64,000 nt of DNA from an uncultured virus (IMG/VR IMGVR_UViG_3300029319_000023) (taxonomy: Duplodnaviria; Heunggongvirae; Uroviricota; Caudoviricetes). Location of the stretch: IMG/VR virus record IMGVR_UViG_3300029319_000023; one strand, written 5' to 3'. Position 1 is the stretch's first letter; every line of letters starts with the position of its first letter. A model generated the notes under the pieces. That model saw only the letters and a list, made by a program, of their open reading frames with translations, ran no database searches and was not told the DNA's origin. Both the position numbers and the translations under genes were made by a program. Positions 38,801 to 47,800 of the stretch are shown here, piece by piece.

Positions 38801-41800
38801 TTGCTGGTTTAGGATTTACATGTCCTAGTGGTTTTGCTGGTCTAACATCAACTATTTTCCCACAATCATTAGGAAGAAAATATAATATTGGTACAGTTTA
38901 TTATGATAATTCTACTGGTCTTGCTACTGTAACCACAACTGCTGCTCATGATTTCAAAGTAACAGATAGTTTAGATTTACAAAATCTCCTCTTTAATTGT
39001 TCTTCAGCATATGCTGGCGTAACTACTCACAGATTCCCAGATCCTGCTACAGAACCTAATAGATCTTTCAGAGTTCTAAGAATCGTTGATCCAAATACAA
39101 TCTGGGTTGATGTTGGTGTTTCTACAATTGTTCACACATACAACCTTGGCAGACATACATGGGTAGGTGGTACAGCAAGTGCTGCGGTTCAATCTGGTGG
39201 TAATTACGTACATACATTCTTATCTGCTGTAACAAATGGAGTTCAGAGTGATGTTGGTAACTTACCAAACCCAATCACAAACGTAGCATATACTCCTAAC
39301 ACAGGTAATATGGTAATTACCTCTGCTAATCATTTACTAACAACTTCTAATACACTTACCATCGCTGATAACGCATTGTCCTTCACATGTACAATGGACG
39401 GAAATACAGCAACGAAGACTTATCCAAGATCTACTGACCCTGTATCAGGACAAATTATTAGTATCACAGGAACAACTACTAATACTATTACAGTTAACGT
39501 TGGTGCATCACCTATTGTAAATCATGATGTTACTGATGCGACTTACGATAGTGATACTGGAGTTTTAGTCTTAACTATCGGAGCACATAGTTTGACTGCA
39601 GGAACCAGTGTTAAGATAGCAAACGGAGCATTGAGTTTTACATGTGAGGATGATGGTAATGTATCAACTAAGACTTATCCAAGAGCTAGTGATCCTTATT
39701 ATGATACTGCAATTAACATTGATTCAGTTGGTGCAGATACTATTACATTAAATGTTGGAATTAATACTCGTGGTACAGTTTCTGCAATTAAGAAAACTGG
39801 TCCTTATGAAGTAACCAGACTTCTTCCACCTAGACCATATGACGTAACTAATGCCATTTATGATCCAGTTGTAGGTATCATGACTGTTACTATTGGTAAT
39901 GGACACGGTATTTCTGTTGGTGAAACTGTTGATATTGGAACTAATGCATTAACATTTACCTGTGATATGGATTCCACAGGTTCTCAGAAGACATATCCAA
40001 GAAACTTAATTAAATCCTTTACACCAACTAATGCCATCTATGATCCTGTTGTAGGTGTAACAACTATAACTGTTGCTGATCATGGTATGGATGATGGATC
40101 ATGGGTTAAATTAGCAGATAATGCATTATCATTCAGATGTGGTTATGGTGTAACTGATCATACATTTGTATCTGCAACAACTGGTGCAGTTAATGTTCAG
40201 AGTGGTGCAGTATCTGGAACTGAATTAACACCTGCTAACGCAACTTATAATGCAACAACAGGTGCTCTTACATTAGTATTCCTATCTTCTCATGGAATGT
40301 CAACTAGTGATACAGTTACTCTTGATTATAATTCATTGACATTTACTTGTGCTGCAGATTATCATGCAACAACACACACATATCCTCGTGTTACTGATCC
40401 TATTGCAGGAATAACCACTGCTGTAACTGTTACATCAGGAACTGAGTTTATAATTTATGTCGGAGATGCTCTTGGAAGTAAGAGTACAAAATCATATCCA
40501 CGTTCTAGTGATCCTATTAGTGGACAATGGGTACAAGTTTCTAATACTACAGCAAACACTTTTGAAATTCAGGCGTTATCTGACAATTCTGTTCCATCTA
40601 CAAATGTAGATTCACATACGTTTATATCTGCTGTAACTGATGGTATTACACATAAGGTAGATAGATCATTCGAGCAACCAGTTGAAGTTGTTGGCGTTGG
40701 AAATACTACTATCGATCTTCAAGTTGGTAGATCACCACAACAACTATTCAATGTAACTGGCGCTGCGTATGAACCTAGTACTGGTGTATTAGAACTTACT
40801 ATTGGTGCTCATAATTTTGTAATCGGTCAACATATAAAATTAGCAACTGATTCATTATCATTCAGATGTGCTTTAGATGGTTACTCTGTAACTAAGACAT
40901 ATCCTCGTGCTAGTGGTACTGGTATTAATGCTGGTACTCCAGATTATGCATATGAGAAATCTTTAGAAATTAGTGCAGTAAGTTCAACAACTATTACTAT
41001 CAATGTCAACGGTGCTGTAGGTCTCTCTTCTATCAGTGACTTATCTGCTCACACATTTATTAGTGCAACTGCTGGTGCTGTTATTGCAGGTGGTAATTAC
41101 GCACATACATTTGTTGGTGTTGCTACTGGTGCTATCACAAAAGGTGGTCCTAGATTCAACTGTAACGTTGGTATTACCTCTTACAAACACACATATACAC
41201 CATCAATTGGTGTTGGTGAAGTATCCAAACTCAATTTTGGTGGCGTAGATGATACTTATATCATAACTGGTATTGTCAATAAGAAGGCATTTAATATTGA
41301 TTGTGGTATTTCAACTTATCAACACTTCTACAATGGTGGTGGAATTACTAAGAAGAAATTAAGGACTGATGCCTTTATTGTTGATACTGTTTATGATGAT
41401 AGAACATTTAGAACTAATGTAGGGGTTTCTTCATATCGTCACGTATATGATCCAAAACCAAGTAAAGAACCTGGTGGTATTAGTAGTATTACTGGAATGA
41501 CATACAACACTACTACTGGTATTGCAACATTTACTGTTCCTAGTCATGGAATTAAGGGTGGTGAACTAATCAGTATTTCTGGTCTTGCTTTAACTTGTCC
41601 TGGTGGAACAGGTATTACGACTCATATTTTCCCAGATCCAAATGGTTTGAGTAGAGATATTAGCACCGCTACTTATAATAATGCAACAGGTATAATGACA
41701 GTGACCACTAACGTTGGTCATGGTGTTACATTTGTTGGTCAATTTGTAAAACTTGAAAATCTTGGTTTCGCTTGTACTGGCGGAGCTGGTGGAAGTCATA

Positions 41801-44800
41801 CTTTTGTAAGTGCAGCAACTAGCGCAGTCCAGACTGGTGGTAACTATGCACACACATTTGTTCCTCAATATGGTTTGACACCTGATACTGCTTTATATGA
41901 TCCAGTTACAGGTATAATGACTGTTACTAATCAGCAGTTGACTGTATCAGATGCGATTTATGATCCTGTTAGTGGTGAAATGACATTAACTGTTGGAGTT
42001 CATAGATTGACAAATTATGATAGTGTACGTCTTGATACAGAATCAATATCCTTTAGTTGTGTATTTGAAGGTAAGTTAGAGACTAAGGCATATCCAAGAG
42101 CATCAGGTGATTATGTCAATGGCAAGGATCTTCCAATCATACGTTATACATCTGACACAATTACAGTTAATGTTAATGGCGGAAAAGGTGCTATCAGTCA
42201 TGCTGTTCCTCATACATTCGTAAGTGCTACTTCAAAGGGTGTTAAAGTTAATCATGGATTAAGAAATGGTGATTACATTAAGTTTGATGATTATGCAATT
42301 ACATTTACATGTAATAAAGATGGTAATGCAACAACTCACCCATATCCAAGACCTACTGATCCTCTTAGTGGTACGTTTACACAGGTTACTGTTGTTGATG
42401 AAAACAGATTTAGTGTAGGAGTATTAACAGTTACACCTTCTACAGATGTTTCACCTCATACATTTGTAACTGCACAACCTGGTGGTATTAAGAAAGCAGT
42501 AATCGAGAGTGGTGGTGACCACCCACATACATTTGTTGGTACAGCAACTAGTGCAATCCAATCAGGTGGTGATTACACCCATACATGGGCAGGTGGTACT
42601 GCTTCTAGTGCAATCCAGTCAGGTGGTAATTATCTTCATACATTCGTATCTGCTGGAATAAACAGTGTTACCTCAGATGTTGGTAATTTACCTAATCCAG
42701 TAACAAATGCAGTATACACTCCATCAACAGGTGATATGGTTATCACTTCTGCTGCTCATTTATTAACTACATCAAATACAATTTCTATTACTAATGATGG
42801 GTTATCCTTTAATTGTGCAATGGATGGCAATTCAGCAACGAAGACTTATCCTAGATCAACCGATCCTATTTCTGGAATTGCAACTGCTATTACAGGAACA
42901 ACCACAGATACCTTTACAATCAACGTTGGTGCATCACCTATCGTAAATCATGATGTCACCAATGCAACTTATAATGCAGCGACAGGTGTGATGGAACTAA
43001 CCATCGGTGCTCATACCTTGACAACAGGAACAAGTGTTAAGATTGCTAATAATGGATTATCCTTTACCTGTACAATGGATGGTAATACATCGACTAAGAC
43101 ATATCCTAGATCAACCGATCCATTCTATGATACTGCTGTTGCAATCGCTGCTACAACCAGTAATACAATCAGTTTAAATGTTGGTATATCAACTATCGTA
43201 AATCATGATGTTAGTGCTGCGACTTATGATGCTGCTACAGGTGTAATGGTACTAAACATCGGTGCTCATACCTTAAGAACAGGAACAAGTGTTAAGATTG
43301 CTAATGGTTCACTACCATTTACTTGCACAATGGATGGTAATACATCAACGAAGAATTATCCAAGATCCACTGATCCATTCTATGATACTGCTGTTGGTAT
43401 TGCTTCAACAACTAGTGATACAATCACACTTAATGTAGGTAAATCTCCTATTCTCCCATTTGATGTTAGTTCTGCAACTTACGATCCTGCTACAGGATTA
43501 ATGGTAGCAAACATTGGTGCTCATACCTTAAAAACTGGAACTGCTGTTAAAATTAATGAAAATTCATTACTATTCACATGTTCACAGGATGATAATGCAA
43601 CAGTTCATGCATATCCTCGTTCAACTACTGGTTCTCTTACCGCAACAACTGGTACAGTTTATGATCCTGTTGTAGGTATCATGACTGTTACTACTCCTGC
43701 TGCTCATGGAATGAAAAATGGTGATCTAGTTAAACTTGAAGATGGTGCGGTTTCATTCTCATGTCAATATGGTGTAGGTTCAGTACATACTTGGGCTGGT
43801 GGAACAGTAACTAATGCAATTACAATTACTGTTGGTCCTGTGCAGACACAACATGATGTAACTAATGCCACATATGATCCTGCAACTGGTGATATGGTAA
43901 TTACCATTGGTACTCATAGTTTCACAACTGATGACTTAGTAGAAATTGGTGCTGATAAGTTTGCATTTACTTGTACTGCTGACGGTAACGTCAAGACTAA
44001 GTACTATCCTCGTTCAACCGATCCTGCATATAATACGCCTCTTAATATTACTGCTGTAGACGGAGCAGGTGGAACAATCACAGTTAATGTTGGTGCTACT
44101 AGTGGAACTGTGGCAACTGCATATCCTCGTTCTACTGATTTCATCAGTAATAGATGGGTTGAGATTTCTAATGTAACCACAAAAACATTTGATGTCCAAG
44201 TATTAGATGTAATCCCTTCTACAAATACTGATGCTCATACATTTGTCTCTGGTAAGACTAATGGCATCACATTCAAACGTGCAAAAGACCCATACTATAA
44301 TACTTCTGTTGCTATTGCTGCTACAACTAGTGATACAATCAGTTTAAATGTTGGTGTATCAACTACCGTAAATTATAATGTTTCTGATGCTAGTTACGAT
44401 CCAAATTCAGGTAAAATGGTACTTACCATTGGTTCTCATGACTTAGATGTAGGAACAAGTATCAAGATAGCAGATAACTCACTCACATTTACATGTGATA
44501 AAGATAATAATGCGACTCAGCATAGTTATCCTAGAACTCTTATAGAGACCAAAACTGTAACTGATGCTACTTACGATCCTACTACTGGTATGATGGTACT
44601 TACTGTTCCTAACCACGGATTTGAGAATGGTAGACAAATTAAGTTAGCAGATAATTCATTATCATTTACATGTACTTTAGATGGTAACACTTCAGTTAAA
44701 ACTTATCCAAGAGCAACTGATCCTGTAAGTGGTAAGTGGATAAAGGTAGAAAACGTCACTACAAATACTTTTGAAGTACAAACATTAGCAACTGTACCTT

Positions 44801-47800
44801 CTACAAACGTTTCTGTACATACATTTGTAAGTGCAACTGATGAAGGTTTATCACATAAGAGAGATCCATTCTACGATAATAATATTAATATTGAGGCAAG
44901 AACTCCAAATACAATTACAGTTAATATTGGAGCAACTCCAGATCTTCAGCAGAGCACTGGATTAACAGGACCAACATATTTCACTGATGTTCCTATCACT
45001 GGATTTAACTACACTAACACTACTGGTGTTACAACTATAACCGCAGTTGGTCATGGACTAACAACAGGTGAAAATGTAAAACTATCTGGTATTGCTTTGA
45101 CATGTACTTCTGGTATGAAGACATATCCAGATGGTGGAACAGGATTCTTCTTCGGAGTAACTGATGTTATTGATGCTAATACCTTCGTAACAAACACAGG
45201 TATCTCAACTATAGTACACACATATGTCAGTGGTGGTAATGTAAGAACTGGTGTTACAAGTGACAGGTTCCCTAATCCTCAAGGTGCATTTATTAAGATT
45301 GCTAATTTTGAATATAATAATATGACTGGTTTGGCAACAGTAACAACCAATGGATTCAATCAACTTGGAACTGGGCAGTTAATTAACTTTGAAAATATCC
45401 ATATGCTTTGCCCAATTGGTAGTGGTACTACACATGTATTCCCACAAGATACTGGAACCGCTGTTAATATCAGTAACTTCCAATATGATAATCAATCAGG
45501 TATTGCGACTGTTACTACCGCAACCAACCATAATTTTGTCCGATTTAAGAAGGTTAGATTGCAGGGTATGACCGTATCATGTGCATATGGTTCTAAGACT
45601 TATCCAGATAAGCAAACTGACTTTGAATTGACGACTATTGTTAACTCAACAACATTTGTAACTAATGTAGGAGTATCAACTCTTGCTCATACATATGTTT
45701 CTGGTGGTACTGCTGCAGAAGTTAAATTCGCTGGTCCTTACACAGTTAAGGAAAGAATTGACAGAAATACATTCACTGTTAATGTTGGTGTTTCTACTTA
45801 CGTCCATACTTACGATCACTCTGGTAGAGTATCTCCTGTAAGATATACTGGACCTTATGAAGTACTTGCTATTGCTAATAGTAAGGAATATACCATTAAT
45901 GTTGGAAGATCCCCAATTGCTCATACTTACACTGGTGGTGGTACATCCAAACCACAACAATATACTGGTCCTTATAAAGTAATCAGTGCAGATGACGCAA
46001 ATACAATAAGAGTAAGAGTTGGTATTTCAACTTATCAGCACTTCTACGGTAGTGGTGGTATGGTTACCCAATTACGTTCTGGTATTGCTGAGAAGAAATT
46101 AAATCCAGGTCCATTTAGAGTTAAGGAAGTATATTCTGCTACTGAATTTACTGCTGATGTTGGTATCTGTACATTTAAACACTTCTATCATTCTGGTGGT
46201 AAAGTTGGTAAGGTTAATCAGTTCTTCCCTGGTAGTGGATTCTATGGAAATAGTGTTCCAGTAACAGTAGTTCCTGAAAATAATGTTGGAACTGGTTTAA
46301 CAATTACTACTACAGTTGGTTTTGGTGGAAGTCTCGTTCCTTCTCTAGATTATGTTGGAACTGGATTTACTATTGCTCCAAGGTTAGAAACTCCTGGACC
46401 ATCTTATGATGATCTACCAGTTAGAGGTCTCTTTAGATTAGGTATTGGTGAGACAACCCAGACTGGTATTGGATTATCTGTAACTCTAAATGTTGGTGGT
46501 ATTAGTACTAGTGGTGTTGCATCAGAGTCAAGTGGAGTTAAGAACTTTACAATCGGAAACAGAGGATATGGTTTCCAAGTTAATGATAAGGTTAGTCCTG
46601 TTGGTTTGGTAACTGCTGCAAAAGTCCTTGCTGGATCTAAGACAGTTGGTTATACAACTGAAACTGAACCATTTGAACTTCAAGTTGTTGATACATTCTC
46701 CGATACTTTCTATGGATGGCAATTCGGTCAACTTGATTATATTGATGATATTACCTCACTACAAGATGGTGTAACAAAGAGATTCCCACTATTCCAAAAT
46801 GAGCAGTTAGTCAGTTTTGAGAAACAAGATGGAACACCTATTAGTTTCCCATCACTTCTTATCATCTTTATCAATGGTGTTCTTCAAATACCAGAGAAAG
46901 ATTACAGCTTTGAAGGTGGTACTGCATTTGAATTTACAAGTGCTCCAGCAGAGGCTGACCAAGTTACAATTTACTTCTATAGAGGTAGTAATGATGATGT
47001 TAATACTGTTAACGTAGTTGAATCAATCAAAATTGGTGATGAATTAATCTTAATTAAACCAGTTGGTGTTTCTACTGTTCCAGATCAAGAACCAAGAGTT
47101 GTTAATGACATTGTTGCATCCGATATTCTTGCAACTAACTTATACTCTAGACAGGGTATTGATGGTAACTTCAAGAGACCTGTTGTTTGGAGAAAACAAA
47201 AAGTTGATAGAACTGTTGATGGACGTATTATTCCTAAGACTCGTGAAGCACTAGAACCACAAATCTATCCAACAGCAAGAATTATTGGTTCTGCATCTTC
47301 AACTCAAGATTACCTCTTCCTTGATAATACTAGTTTGTTTAACTATGAAAATGTTAGTCCATCTACTAATTTTGATGGCATCATTACTCCAGGAACAGAT
47401 CCAGTTGTAGGTATTCTAAGCGTTGGAGTTGGAACTACAGGTGCAAGTGCTGGTACGATTTCCACAATCACTGTTCTTAATGGTGGTTCTGGATATACTG
47501 GAATCGTAACAATTTCTATATCAAATCCACCTGATATTACTGTTGGTTTCGGAACAACTGCACTAGCAACTGCAATTATTTCTGGCGGTTCAATCATTGG
47601 TGCAAATATTACCAATGCTGGTAGTGGATATGGAACTAGTGCATTTGCGTTAGTACCAAATCCAGTTGTGGAGATTGAAAGTATCACAATAACACCAACT
47701 GTAAATGGTTATGATGGTGATATTATTGGAATTACAACTTCTACTGGAATCGGTACTGATCTCTGTTTGAAGTTTACTTTAACTCTTCCATCTTCCCCAT

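Noticed and set aside
26997..47687. Many short ORFs nested in or antisense to gp7, and likewise in the other structural genes
   Set aside because: Expected by-products of biased codon usage in long genes; no motifs or expression signals.
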